Shown: positions 27,027 to 35,541, numbered from the stretch's first letter. The stretch is 64,000 bases of DNA from Candidatus Babeliales bacterium (GCA_041652535.1 JBAZHB010000003.1:573-64572); one strand, 5' to 3'. Numbers and translations: made by a program. The notes: generated by a model not told the origin, from the letters alone.

Positions 27027-27929
27027 TCATAAACTTATCTCTTGTTCGAGGGCGAGTTTCAACTGATAGATGGCTGTCGTGCAGTCAACATATGTTCGCT
27101 TCGTGGCAACCTTTGTCTGCACACCCTTTGCTAGTGAATAGATTTTATTAACTGCGTTGAGGGTAGCAGTTGCAGATTGTAGAGGTTTCTGCTGAATCTT
27201 TCCAAGTTCGAGGGCGAACCATTTGGTGATAGCGTCCGATGCTTCCTTCTCTGCTTGCTTACATGCGGCGAGTGTTCCCCGCAGCATCTTATTATATATC
27301 GGCAACACATACGAATTGTGATTGATATATACTGATGATGAACTACTGCCTATATAGTTGGTTACTTCGAGAGATGGGTTCTCTGCTTTCAGACGGTTAA
27401 CCATATCGCTCATCATCTGCTGACGCATGAATGTGCATGTATCGGTGAGCAGGTCAGAGGTTTTCCAATCTGGTATGATGTATTTACTGTTATTCTTTGG
27501 CAGAGTGACTACCTCGAACTTAAGATACTCACCGTATTGAACGATAGGTTTATCAATGCGAGTGAACTTGTTAGTCAGACGATAGAATTCCTTCTCTGCG
27601 TTCTTATCTTTCCAGATACAGACGTTCATCTTATATCCATCGTCGTCGAACTTCTCATCAATCTTCTCTTTGTATGTAGATTGAAGTTCGGCAAGCCTGG
27701 TGTCGTAGTCCTTCGCCTTCATGTGTTCATCGCCATAGATATATAACGATGGAACATTTGTCCTCGTGGCCAGACGCATTGAACTTATCTGTGTCGAAGC
27801 AATATACTTCGATGATGTTGGGTTCTCAATCAATGCGCCGTTAATTTCAATGAACGCACCATATCCGATGATGTTCGTCGGTACATAATACGTCTTTCCG
27901 TCTTTGTAAATAATGATTTTGTCCGTCAT
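27027..27929 (-). CDS. Hypothetical protein (300 aa)
   Basis: Start moved to MTDKIIIY (ATG 27929), just after the upstream mini-ORF stop. Confidence 0.55.
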   Translation of the reverse strand: MTDKIIIYKDGKTYYVPTNIIGYGAFIEINGALIENPTSSKYIASTQISSMRLATRTNVPSLYIYGDEHMKAKDYDTRLAELQSTYKEKIDEKFDDDGYKMNVCIWKDKNAEKEFYRLTNKFTRIDKPIVQYGEYLKFEVVTLPKNNSKYIIPDWKTSDLLTDTCTFMRQQMMSDMVNRLKAENPSLEVTNYIGSSSSSVYINHNSYVLPIYNKMLRGTLAACKQAEKEASDAITKWFALELGKIQQKPLQSATATLNAVNKIYSLAKGVQTKVATKRTYVDCTTAIYQLKLALEQEISL

Positions 27930-27930
27930 A

Positions 27931-28080
27931 TTAACCACTAAATTCTCCGTCCTCTGGTTCTTGAAAGTTGTGCTTCTCTGCACAAGCGATGCAATAAATC
28001 TTTCCGTTCTTGTGAAAAAATACAGACGTAAAATCTATGTCCATAAGTTCTTCACACTCGTCACACATTGTCATTGACAT
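27931..28080 (-). CDS. Zinc-ribbon mini-protein (49 aa)
   Basis: MSMTMCDECEELMD...KIYCIACAEKHNF. Confidence 0.4.
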   Translation of the reverse strand: MSMTMCDECEELMDIDFTSVFFHKNGKIYCIACAEKHNFQEPEDGEFSG

Positions 28081-28085
28081 ATGAA

Positions 28086-28448
28086 TCAACAACAGCAGAT
28101 ACTCCGAGGTCTACGGCAGATACGACAGACGTTTCCTGTCTTTAAATCTTCCTCGACTTGCTTTACTCTATCCTCGATACATGCGACGCACAGAAGTTCA
28201 GCGAACTGTCCGAATTTAAACTCGGACTTCGCGCCTTCCCATCCACACTTTGAACAACGTGCCACGCCCTTCATTACTTTATGGTGCATGAACTTAAGCG
28301 CACGTTCAGGGTCGAAGCGATACATATCTTTCTCGGTGGGTTTAATATACCATGCCGATGAACCTTTGTCTATCCATGCCGATACATCTTTCTTATCATC
28401 GCTGACGTGGATGATACATACTCCGTCTGATGTTTTGTATTCTGTCAT
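28086..28448 (-). CDS. Zn-binding hypothetical protein (120 aa)
   Basis: CSKCGW ... CVAC ... CRICRRPRSICCC. Confidence 0.5.
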   Translation of the reverse strand: MTEYKTSDGVCIIHVSDDKKDVSAWIDKGSSAWYIKPTEKDMYRFDPERALKFMHHKVMKGVARCSKCGWEGAKSEFKFGQFAELLCVACIEDRVKQVEEDLKTGNVCRICRRPRSICCC

Positions 28449-28452
28449 GATT

Positions 28453-28725
28453 TCACTCCAAGCAATTGCCTTTGTTCATAAACTGTTTGTAGTTGTAACC
28501 GTTGAAATATACATCGGCTACCGATGACGCATCGAGATTCGCAGCCATGTTAGCCACGATGGTTTTGATAAACTTCTTCTGCGTTACCACTTTCTCACTC
28601 GTCATAATATCCTGGCGAGGATACAACCGATACTCTCGGATAAAGCATCGTCCATTCTCGACGGTGAGTTTCATCTGTCTGTCCACGAAATAATTCCGAA
28701 CCGTCATAATAAAGAGTTTACTCAT
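28453..28725 (-). CDS. Hypothetical protein (90 aa)
   Basis: ORF track. Confidence 0.5.
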   Translation of the reverse strand: MSKLFIMTVRNYFVDRQMKLTVENGRCFIREYRLYPRQDIMTSEKVVTQKKFIKTIVANMAANLDASSVADVYFNGYNYKQFMNKGNCLE

Positions 28726-29339
28726 TTCAGCATCTCCACAATGAACTTCGTTGTGTTCCTCTTACTGTAACACAGACGGCATGAATCACATGCCATCTTG
28801 CATGTCGCCTTATACTCTGGATGAATCTCCAGATATTCAGGAGTGACCACGTTGAAAACCATATCGGCTACTGATGAACGTGGGAACTCAATCACGGCGT
28901 TGATTAACGGATTGCTCTCGATAATCTTAAGGTTGTCGGGCTTAAGATGAATCATATCTTCGAGCATATCACAGCGCTTCGAGTAGATTACATGCTGTGT
29001 CTGCGGGTTATTATAGCAGATGTTGAAGATATTTACGACGTGAGTGTGGTTGATAATCTCACCGAAGGAATGAAACCTCATGAGATAGTCGCCATACTTC
29101 GGCAGTTCTTCGAGAGCGAGGACGCGCTCACTTAAGATGCGTCCATTTTCCTCGACGTGATTCCTCAATGACTGACGGAATCCAACGAGGGCAGTCGCAT
29201 AACATTTCGTGCAGATAATTCTGTCGTTGTTGCAGTTGTGCATCGCCTGACAGAACTCATTGCTCAACGGATTGGTAGAGATGGAACGAATACCTTCCAT
29301 CTTTCCCTCGTGTTTCGTTATCCAAACTTGGGATTTCAT
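28722..29339 (-). CDS. Cys-rich hypothetical protein (205 aa); first gene of an operon
   Basis: ORF track. GAGG lies 4 nt before the ATG. TATA box upstream. Confidence 0.55.
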   Translation of the reverse strand: MKSQVWITKHEGKMEGIRSISTNPLSNEFCQAMHNCNNDRIICTKCYATALVGFRQSLRNHVEENGRILSERVLALEELPKYGDYLMRFHSFGEIINHTHVVNIFNICYNNPQTQHVIYSKRCDMLEDMIHLKPDNLKIIESNPLINAVIEFPRSSVADMVFNVVTPEYLEIHPEYKATCKMACDSCRLCYSKRNTTKFIVEMLK

Positions 29340-29367
29340 GGTGCCTCAAATTGTTTTGCTTTGAAAG

Positions 29368-29375
29368 TATTTAAA
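29368..29375 (-). promoter_or_regulatory. TTTAAATA box
   Basis: Lies 28 nt upstream of ATG 29339. Confidence 0.45.
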
Positions 29376-29451
29376 TGTTTTCTTCTCGCCTAACACCAGG
29401 GCTAGGCTGACCTCGTATGTCGGATTGAACCGCACGTCTGATAACGCACAC

Positions 29452-29456
29452 AAAAA
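29452..29456 (-). terminator. T5 run directly after an operon-final stop codon
   Basis: Minus strand reads CAATTTTTGTG just 3' of the stop at 29461. Confidence 0.3.
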
Positions 29457-29460
29457 TTGA

Positions 29461-29688
29461 TTAGTCTTTCCGCACACGCTCATAGGCATATGCGTTGAAA
29501 TACATGATGCAAGTTACTGAATTATCAACGAGATGATGCCTCATACCATCGAGTGCTGCCTTCGTTACAATTCTACCTCGCTTGTCATTGTCCATAGACA
29601 TGCGCACTCTCTTATCTTTTGTCAATGTCCACTTCATGAATCCATTTGAGTGCGTCCACCTGAACGACATAATAATTTTTTCTGTCAT
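29461..29688 (-). CDS. Hypothetical protein (75 aa); paralogue of the next gene
   Basis: MTEKIIMSFRWTHSNGFMKWTL versus MTDKLVMKFKSTNKYGGEMTWF. Confidence 0.5.
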   Translation of the reverse strand: MTEKIIMSFRWTHSNGFMKWTLTKDKRVRMSMDNDKRGRIVTKAALDGMRHHLVDNSVTCIMYFNAYAYERVRKD

Positions 29689-29906
29689 TATTTCACCAAC
29701 GCAAAGTTCTGCGGATAGAAGTGAAGTTCCCACTTGTCGGCGTTCGGTTTATACAACTCGAACATATCGAGAATCTGTTCCCTCGTGCGAGTGTCATGTT
29801 TTGTCCACTCACCACGATATGCGATACCTTTTTTGTCGACGAACCAAGTCATTTCTCCACCGTATTTATTCGTCGATTTAAATTTCATTACGAGTTTGTC
29901 TGTCAT
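29688..29906 (-). CDS. Hypothetical protein (72 aa); paralogue of the previous gene
   Basis: ORF track. Confidence 0.5.
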   Translation of the reverse strand: MTDKLVMKFKSTNKYGGEMTWFVDKKGIAYRGEWTKHDTRTREQILDMFELYKPNADKWELHFYPQNFALVK

Positions 29907-30085
29907 TCAATAATCACCACTGAATTTACATCTGGTTTAGAGATACTTACAATCGTATCCATGTTCTGCCACTTTGCAACGTCAGACATTGATAATGGTT
30001 TCTTACTGACGTATAAATATTTACCACCACTCTTATGTGTAGCGATAAAACACCATCCATTATGAGGGATGCAAGTTTCCGTCAT
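29903..30085 (-). CDS. Hypothetical protein (60 aa)
   Basis: Internal ATG 30085 forms ATGA with the upstream stop. Confidence 0.45.
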   Translation of the reverse strand: MTETCIPHNGWCFIATHKSGGKYLYVSKKPLSMSDVAKWQNMDTIVSISKPDVNSVVIIE

Positions 30086-30324
30086 GGTTCCACCTGTTGC
30101 ATTACCCTTAACTCCGATTGAACATACGCCCATTCATTACAGCGCGCATATTCAACATCTTCCTCGGTAGTATAGAGGTTGAATACCTCACCATCGTTGA
30201 GGATAAAGGTGACACAAGTGCCATCACTACCGAGATACATATCCTTCAAACCATGTTCGAGGATACGCGCTCTCAACTTGTCGAATGATACCAAGTCAGT
30301 TTCTCCCATGTTAATCAACCTCAT
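30082..30324 (-). CDS. Hypothetical protein (80 aa)
   Basis: ORF track. Confidence 0.5.
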   Translation of the reverse strand: MRLINMGETDLVSFDKLRARILEHGLKDMYLGSDGTCVTFILNDGEVFNLYTTEEDVEYARCNEWAYVQSELRVMQQVEP

Positions 30325-30544
30325 ATTCTACGGAGTAATAACACCCATCAATCATGGCACTCGCACCACACGACGAGTATGTGCATACCCTCGTAAAGAA
30401 TGATGGTATAGATTCATCGGGGAATGTAAGTAGATTATCGACGAGATAATGCAAGTCGAAACTACTGAAAGGAACTCTCTCCGTATCTTGTCTGATATGG
30501 TCGAGAGTAACTCCGTCCTTCTTAAGATAGTAATATACTGTCAT
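30311..30544 (-). CDS. Hypothetical protein (77 aa)
   Basis: ORF track. Confidence 0.5.
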   Translation of the reverse strand: MTVYYYLKKDGVTLDHIRQDTERVPFSSFDLHYLVDNLLTFPDESIPSFFTRVCTYSSCGASAMIDGCYYSVEYEVD

Positions 30545-30762
30545 TAGTCCACCGTGATGTCGATTGCTTCGACGTGCATTGTTGTTCGCTTAATCGGCAT
30601 TGCGTCGAGCGCTTCATACGTAAGTTTCTTCTTCGAGAAGAACCATATGAGTTTCCATGCGTCAGTCGTAACCCATACATTTGCCGCCGTTAAGAATTTA
30701 CGGGTGCATTTACCAAGAAAATAGTGGTTGTCCACTATCATCCACATCGTTAGTTTAGTCAT
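30544..30762 (-). CDS. Hypothetical protein (72 aa)
   Basis: ORF track. Confidence 0.5.
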   Translation of the reverse strand: MTKLTMWMIVDNHYFLGKCTRKFLTAANVWVTTDAWKLIWFFSKKKLTYEALDAMPIKRTTMHVEAIDITVD

Positions 30763-31363
30763 GCCAGCCTCTTATTACAGCCTCGTAGACGTGCTTCGTC
30801 AGTTCTTCGGGTATTACTGAACGTGACACGCTACCATGCGTGAGTTGGAACGAGCGATGTCCATTCCTCGCGTGATTGCATCGACGAAACTCAATCGGAA
30901 TGTTCGTCCATAAATCAGTCGGCTTCATCGACGTGCATCCATACATACAGTAGTCCACTCTCATTGGTGGTGTGAGTTTACCTAGGATGAATGGTTCAGG
31001 GAAGTAATACCTCGCACCTCGAACCCATGAGGGATTCTCGATGAGAAAGAACTTCGGCTTTACTGTATTGATTACAGAGATTGCCTTACCAAACCATGCC
31101 CTCGATAACTCCATCTGTTCAGGAGTGGTTGCCTTTGGTGTATTGTTAAACACTTGACGAGCAACACTGAAGTATGTGCATGGCGGTGACGCCAGGACCA
31201 CGTCGTAATGTCGCTTCGGCTCAAAGTCCAAAGCATCCATTGTAAAGGTGCATTTAAACTTCGGTACAATATCGAGAGTTTCCACATCGTGACCACCCTC
31301 GATGAAAGGACGTTCCCACGACTGCTTCCCCGAATATAGTCCTAAAACTTTTAGTCGTTTCAT
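30755..31363 (-). CDS. Compact C5-cytosine-methyltransferase-like protein (202 aa)
   Basis: VLGLYSG, ASPPCTYFS (PC motif), FLIENP. Start moved to ATG 31363 because a TATA box lies inside the longer track ORF. Confidence 0.55.
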   Translation of the reverse strand: MKRLKVLGLYSGKQSWERPFIEGGHDVETLDIVPKFKCTFTMDALDFEPKRHYDVVLASPPCTYFSVARQVFNNTPKATTPEQMELSRAWFGKAISVINTVKPKFFLIENPSWVRGARYYFPEPFILGKLTPPMRVDYCMYGCTSMKPTDLWTNIPIEFRRCNHARNGHRSFQLTHGSVSRSVIPEELTKHVYEAVIRGWHD

Positions 31364-31395
31364 GTCAGTCACCAATATAACTTTGTTCGCAATAC

Positions 31396-31403
31396 TATTT
31401 AAA
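31396..31403 (-). promoter_or_regulatory. TTTAAATA box
   Basis: Lies 32 nt upstream of ATG 31363. Confidence 0.4.
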
Positions 31404-31450
31404 TCTGCTGCCCATATCGGGCTACACTTCGACAACGGTTTGACCCGCCG

Positions 31451-31455
31451 AAAAA
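31451..31455 (-). terminator. T5 run after an operon-final stop
   Basis: Minus strand reads TTACTTTTTCGG 3' of the stop at 31460. Confidence 0.3.
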
Positions 31456-31459
31456 GTAA

Positions 31460-31738
31460 TTAAAGTTTCTCCGCAATATGACGTGCCAAATATTTTATAG
31501 CGATGATAGCGCATTGAGTTTCTCCCGTCGTTGGAACATTCTTGATTGCCTTTTTTATAGGGAGATACATCTTACATTTCGTACAGTCAGAACCTTTGAC
31601 GTAATTTGAGCAGCAATATAACACGCCGCCATCAAATTCATCGGCGAGAGTTTTGAATATACGCGCTGCAAATTCTTTGTCGTTCTCTTTCTCCTCAACA
31701 ATAACGGTTTTCTTCGTAATAATTCTTTCAAACTTCAT
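31460..31738 (-). CDS. Hypothetical Cys-containing protein (92 aa); paralogue of 35542-35844
   Basis: ENDKEFAARI ... DCTKCKMY versus ENDEEYLARL ... DCFHCKLY. Confidence 0.5.
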   Translation of the reverse strand: MKFERIITKKTVIVEEKENDKEFAARIFKTLADEFDGGVLYCCSNYVKGSDCTKCKMYLPIKKAIKNVPTTGETQCAIIAIKYLARHIAEKL

Positions 31739-31953
31739 GATTTCACTCCTTCAAGTCTGCGCTTTTCGAGGTAAACTTCCCGTAGCACTTCACGGTTTTT
31801 CTTCAACTCAACGAGGGCTTTATCGATGGTAACTTTAACTTCATCCATCGACATATCCAAGTCACGGATACAATGAAGCCAATTCTCTGCGATACACGTC
31901 GGCATGATTGCGTCGTGCCACCATAAGTCCGACTGCTTATCATCGTGAGGCAT
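31735..31953 (-). CDS. Hypothetical protein (72 aa)
   Basis: ORF track. Confidence 0.5.
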   Translation of the reverse strand: MPHDDKQSDLWWHDAIMPTCIAENWLHCIRDLDMSMDEVKVTIDKALVELKKNREVLREVYLEKRRLEGVKS

Positions 31954-31954
31954 A

Positions 31955-32116
31955 TTACTTTAACACCACTGTTCCGTTAAGTCTTTCTGCTAAACCTTTG
32001 GCGCAATGAGGGAGCATAAAGGCGTATGCTTCCTCTTTGTTATCGGTGAGAACACCATGAGATTTGTAGTATTGCTTACCGACTTTCACGAGATAGAAAC
32101 CGTCAAGCGTAGCCAT
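31955..32116 (-). CDS. Mini-protein (53 aa)
   Basis: MATLDGFYLVKVGKQYYKSHGVLTDNKEEAYAFMLPHCAKGLAERLNGTVVLK. Confidence 0.4.
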   Translation of the reverse strand: MATLDGFYLVKVGKQYYKSHGVLTDNKEEAYAFMLPHCAKGLAERLNGTVVLK

Positions 32117-32231
32117 CGACTGCACCCTCGTTCATTACCATCTGTCCATTCTCGATACTGTCAGGGAAATAACCGTATTCATAGTTATCTCCCATTGGTT
32201 CATCGTCATTGACGTAAGGCATCTCAATCAT
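32103..32231 (-). CDS. Acidic mini-protein (42 aa)
   Basis: MIEMPYVNDDEPMGDNYEYGYFPDSIENGQMVMNEGAVDGYA. Confidence 0.35.
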   Translation of the reverse strand: MIEMPYVNDDEPMGDNYEYGYFPDSIENGQMVMNEGAVDGYA

Positions 32232-32232
32232 A

Positions 32233-32529
32233 TTACCAGTCCTCGAATGAAACTTCGAGATAATCCTCGATGTATTTCATGTTGTTCTTCTCGCAGAACT
32301 CTTTGATTATAGAGGTTTCGGAAGGATACTTCACGATAACTCCCGTAACGTGTCGCCTCGCTTCTTCTTCCGCTTCACGCGCCTCATGATGCAGACGTGT
32401 GTATTCTGTGTGCGCCTCGGTGATTACGTCCTGGACTCTGGCCTTATCCTTCTTATTCACGAGGACAATTCCTTTAATGCCGTAGTCAGAATAGCAACCG
32501 CCATTATTTACGAGGACGATTTCCTTCAT
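32233..32529 (-). CDS. Hypothetical protein (98 aa)
   Basis: ORF track. Confidence 0.5.
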   Translation of the reverse strand: MKEIVLVNNGGCYSDYGIKGIVLVNKKDKARVQDVITEAHTEYTRLHHEAREAEEEARRHVTGVIVKYPSETSIIKEFCEKNNMKYIEDYLEVSFEDW

Positions 32530-32708
32530 AAGCGCACCTCTAATGTCCTCATGTGTTCCAATGCGCGCTTCATGAGTGTCGCGTATTCGTGAAGATACTT
32601 CAGACGGTTCCCCAATTCTGTCGCGCTCATCTCGTTGTTACGATACTTCACCGATATACTCTCGGCGAGATGCAATTCTGTCTTGTCAATGTCTGCGTCT
32701 GTAATCAT
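32526..32708 (-). CDS. Hypothetical protein (60 aa)
   Basis: ORF track. Confidence 0.45.
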   Translation of the reverse strand: MITDADIDKTELHLAESISVKYRNNEMSATELGNRLKYLHEYATLMKRALEHMRTLEVRL

Positions 32709-32905
32709 GCTTTCACCTTTGTTACGATGTAGTTCTCATACTCTACTTCGGCATACCACCGATGATAATCGGCGGGTGCTTCAACACATGCGCGCCCTGA
32801 TGATGCGAGGGGAAACATAGTATTAAATACCTCGACCTTTACGCCCTGGGCTACGGCCTCTTTGAAGGCTTTCTTCGTCTTAAAATCAGGATGAATGTGA
32901 ACCAT
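32705..32905 (-). CDS. Hypothetical protein (66 aa)
   Basis: ORF track. Confidence 0.5.
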   Translation of the reverse strand: MVHIHPDFKTKKAFKEAVAQGVKVEVFNTMFPLASSGRACVEAPADYHRWYAEVEYENYIVTKVKA

Positions 32906-33078
32906 TACTCCTCACCACCAACCATAAACCATCCGATGTCGTTACCGTTTAAGTCACGAACATCGCCGTCTTGTTCTCCTGCTACGATACGATTTCTGAT
33001 GTTAAGGAGTATCTCTCCTATATCATCACGGTTCTGGAAGGCAGAACCACCACCGTTAAGGCATATGTCGCAATACAT
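32905..33078 (-). CDS. 57-aa protein ending in GGEE (candidate ligatable tag)
   Basis: Hand translation MYCDICLNGGGSAFQNRDDIGEILLNIRNRIVAGEQDGDVRDLNGNDIGWFMVGGEE. ATG lies 1 nt after the stop of the upstream gene. Confidence 0.45.
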   Translation of the reverse strand: MYCDICLNGGGSAFQNRDDIGEILLNIRNRIVAGEQDGDVRDLNGNDIGWFMVGGEE

Positions 33079-33079
33079 C

Positions 33080-33805
33080 TTAACACATCTCGTTAATTGC
33101 GTCGTCCATATCTCTGTCGTCGTCCTTAAAGGCTTTGTCGCCCTTAAGGAACTCGATTTCAGAGGCGTTCAACTTCTCATACTCGTCGAGGAACGGGCAT
33201 CCCTCGCATGTCTGCGACGTACATTCGTTGCACATCTTAAGCATGTCGTCCTCTAAACTGTCGGGGATATACTTATGAACCTCTTTGTAGTCGTCGTTGG
33301 AATAGAAGATACCCTCGTTGTAGAGGAACTCACCGATGATATACGCTTGCTTCTCCGTGAACACACAGAATTTTCCGTCGTCTTTGAGGAGTTGGTGTTC
33401 GATTTTCTTCGACTTGTCCATCGTCTTAATGAACATCATCGTATCGGAGATATACTTCGAGGCTTTCATGCCGTGAATAATCCCATTGTGAGCGACGGCA
33501 ACCTTACAATGCGCCCTCGTATTCTGCATCTCGTGAACGTCGTCAGTGATAGGGAACGGGTGGCAGTTACCTCGATTGACTGCGCCGTGTGTCGCCCATC
33601 GGAAGTGTATGCACACGTCTGCTTCCTTCACGGCTTGAAGGGATTTCCAGAGAGCATCCACGTCGAAGAATCCTTTGACGATATGAATCGTCTTACCTCG
33701 GCGATACATATATCCAGCGCCGTCTGGATTGTTCTCGAAGCAATTCTGGATGATGGTTTTCGACGGAAGGTTTGATTCTTTCGGCTTGACCACGATGATA
33801 CACAT
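33080..33805 (-). CDS. Class-II glutamine-amidotransferase-like Ntn hydrolase/thiol peptidase
   Basis: Start MCIIVV (Cys2 nucleophile), NPDGAG, HFRWATHG, NCHPF, HNG. C-terminal CNEC..CEGC. Confidence 0.7.
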   Translation of the reverse strand: MCIIVVKPKESNLPSKTIIQNCFENNPDGAGYMYRRGKTIHIVKGFFDVDALWKSLQAVKEADVCIHFRWATHGAVNRGNCHPFPITDDVHEMQNTRAHCKVAVAHNGIIHGMKASKYISDTMMFIKTMDKSKKIEHQLLKDDGKFCVFTEKQAYIIGEFLYNEGIFYSNDDYKEVHKYIPDSLEDDMLKMCNECTSQTCEGCPFLDEYEKLNASEIEFLKGDKAFKDDDRDMDDAINEMC

Positions 33806-33999
33806 TACTTGTTCCCCCATATTTTAACGGTGATAAATGCTATCGTGATGATGATAAGTCCGAAGCCTTCTTGGATTATCCATCCCATTAACATCCCCGC
33901 TACGAAGATGTTATAAGGGTACACGAGAAACGCTGCGATGGTGAGAACGCCCTTAAGAACGACGTTCATTGCGATTTGCTGTTTGGTAATTTTCTCCAT
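33805..33999 (-). CDS. Small membrane protein (64 aa)
   Basis: Hydrophobic throughout. 1-nt overlaps with both neighbours. Confidence 0.5.
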   Translation of the reverse strand: MEKITKQQIAMNVVLKGVLTIAAFLVYPYNIFVAGMLMGWIIQEGFGLIIITIAFITVKIWGNK

Positions 34000-35438
34000 T
34001 ACAATCCCCTCTCTGCGAGGTATTTCAGAAGTTCAGGGTAATCCTGAACGGCGTATTCCTTAATCTGCGCCCATGTCATATGCTCGATGGTATCCACGTC
34101 GAACACAGAGAGGCTGTGAAATAGACGGATTAACTGTATCGAGGCGATGATAGTGTTCACGTTTAACGTGCCTTTGAAGATACGAACCTCGATAGTTTCG
34201 GAGTTGGTGAGGTTTACGCATGTGTATCTGTCGTAGCGCTTCTCTGACTTTGCCTCATCTACAACCTTATGAGTTATCGGCGTGGCTTCGGATACCTCAC
34301 ACATGCGCTTGGCGTATGCGTCGATTTCGTTCAAGACCTCGTCGTAGATGGTGAAGTCATGCTTCCGTCGTGAGAACTTGACGATTTCAGTCCAGAACTT
34401 CTCGAAGAAGTAGATGAACGAGGTTATACGTTCCTCGGTTTTGCTGTCGTAGCAATCGCCGAAGGCTCGCCTGGACATATGAACGTGTAAACCACACGTC
34501 TTTGTTTCGTGTGAACGGTATCCCGCCGCCTTTGCGAGTTCGCAGACGTGTTCGTATGGACGGTGTTCCATTATCCACTCATACGTCATTGGGTGAGAGA
34601 TAATCTCGAAGCCCTTCCATCCGAGTGAACCATCGTGGCAGCAGTAGAAATTGTCGGAGAGTTTCGACATATCGAATCGTGAAACGTCGCCCTCGTCGAT
34701 TTCCATCTCTGTTCCGAAGTAAAGCAATCCGTCGCCTTTGAAGTCGAGTTCAGGGCGGTAGCCGTATTTATGAATACCGTTCTCGTCTGGCCTACCATCG
34801 CGTCCACTTGTTTCCCAACACGACTGACAGTAGCAACCGTCGTTGTCGTCATTGTCGTCGCAGCACATATCGTCGCTGTGAACGAAGTTGCCACAGTCAT
34901 TGCACCTCGTCCAATTATGGTTGTAACAACGGGTGCAGAGGGAACTATCGTTCTCGTCGTGATACATCTCGCGGTTGTTGAAATACTCACCGCAGTCGAT
35001 ACAGACTGAATAGTTATCCTCGTAGCAACCATCGCATACGCATCCATCCTCGACGGAGTGCGCGTCGTCCATGTGGATAATTCTGTCGCACATATAACAC
35101 GAGGTATAGTCGTCGTCAAAACACTTCTGACAGATGGCTGTTCCCTCGTATATGTGGCGCTCACCGTCAATGTCGTCGGTCATGAAGTCGCCACAGTCGT
35201 TGCACATCCAGAACTCGAAGATACTCCCGTCGAATATTTCCTCATACTCGAACCATGCGAGCAGTCTGGCGATGTCCTCGTCGTAGAATACGCGAGCGTT
35301 CAATTCGCAGTCCTCACTATCGTCACGTAGATAGTGTCTGACGAAATCGCAGTCGAGCGTTCCGTCTGCTTTCCTCGTCCAGACGAGTTCATGGGTGTAT
35401 CTGCGCCCACTCTCGTCGATGTAAACCATGTCTGTCAT
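33999..35438 (-). CDS. Amidoligase_2-family carboxylate-amine ligase fused to an N-terminal multi-zinc-ribbon array
   Basis: YFGTEMEI, GFEIISHP, CGLHVHMS, IEVRIFKGTL. At least 8 CxxC pairs in the first ~230 aa. ATG 35438 (track start 35444 is TTG). Confidence 0.7.
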   Translation of the reverse strand: MTDMVYIDESGRRYTHELVWTRKADGTLDCDFVRHYLRDDSEDCELNARVFYDEDIARLLAWFEYEEIFDGSIFEFWMCNDCGDFMTDDIDGERHIYEGTAICQKCFDDDYTSCYMCDRIIHMDDAHSVEDGCVCDGCYEDNYSVCIDCGEYFNNREMYHDENDSSLCTRCYNHNWTRCNDCGNFVHSDDMCCDDNDDNDGCYCQSCWETSGRDGRPDENGIHKYGYRPELDFKGDGLLYFGTEMEIDEGDVSRFDMSKLSDNFYCCHDGSLGWKGFEIISHPMTYEWIMEHRPYEHVCELAKAAGYRSHETKTCGLHVHMSRRAFGDCYDSKTEERITSFIYFFEKFWTEIVKFSRRKHDFTIYDEVLNEIDAYAKRMCEVSEATPITHKVVDEAKSEKRYDRYTCVNLTNSETIEVRIFKGTLNVNTIIASIQLIRLFHSLSVFDVDTIEHMTWAQIKEYAVQDYPELLKYLAERGL

Positions 35439-35460
35439 GCTCAATCATACTCCTTCAAAG

Positions 35461-35468
35461 TATTTAAA
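35461..35468 (-). promoter_or_regulatory. TTTAAATA box
   Basis: Lies 22 nt upstream of ATG 35438. Confidence 0.5.
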
Positions 35469-35524
35469 CCTTATGCCCAGGCGTTCCATCGTCGGGCTAT
35501 GCGCTTCCTCGGTAATGAGCCGAT

Positions 35525-35529
35525 AAAAA
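35525..35529 (-). terminator. T5 run after an operon-final stop
   Basis: Minus strand reads CGCTTTTTATCGG 3' of the stop at 35542. Confidence 0.3.
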
Positions 35530-35541
35530 GCGTGGGATAGG

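Noticed and set aside
30755-31435. Longer 226-aa version of the mini C5-MTase-like ORF
   Set aside because: A TTTAAATA box (31396-31403) lies inside the N-terminal extension. The internal ATG 31363 has a GGTGA SD.
34586-35170. 194-aa alternate-frame ORF, and other ORFs, inside the amidoligase gene
   Set aside because: It is a Thr/Ser/Ala-rich by-product of the Asp/Cys-codon-rich zinc-ribbon array. The amidoligase frame carries recognisable motifs.
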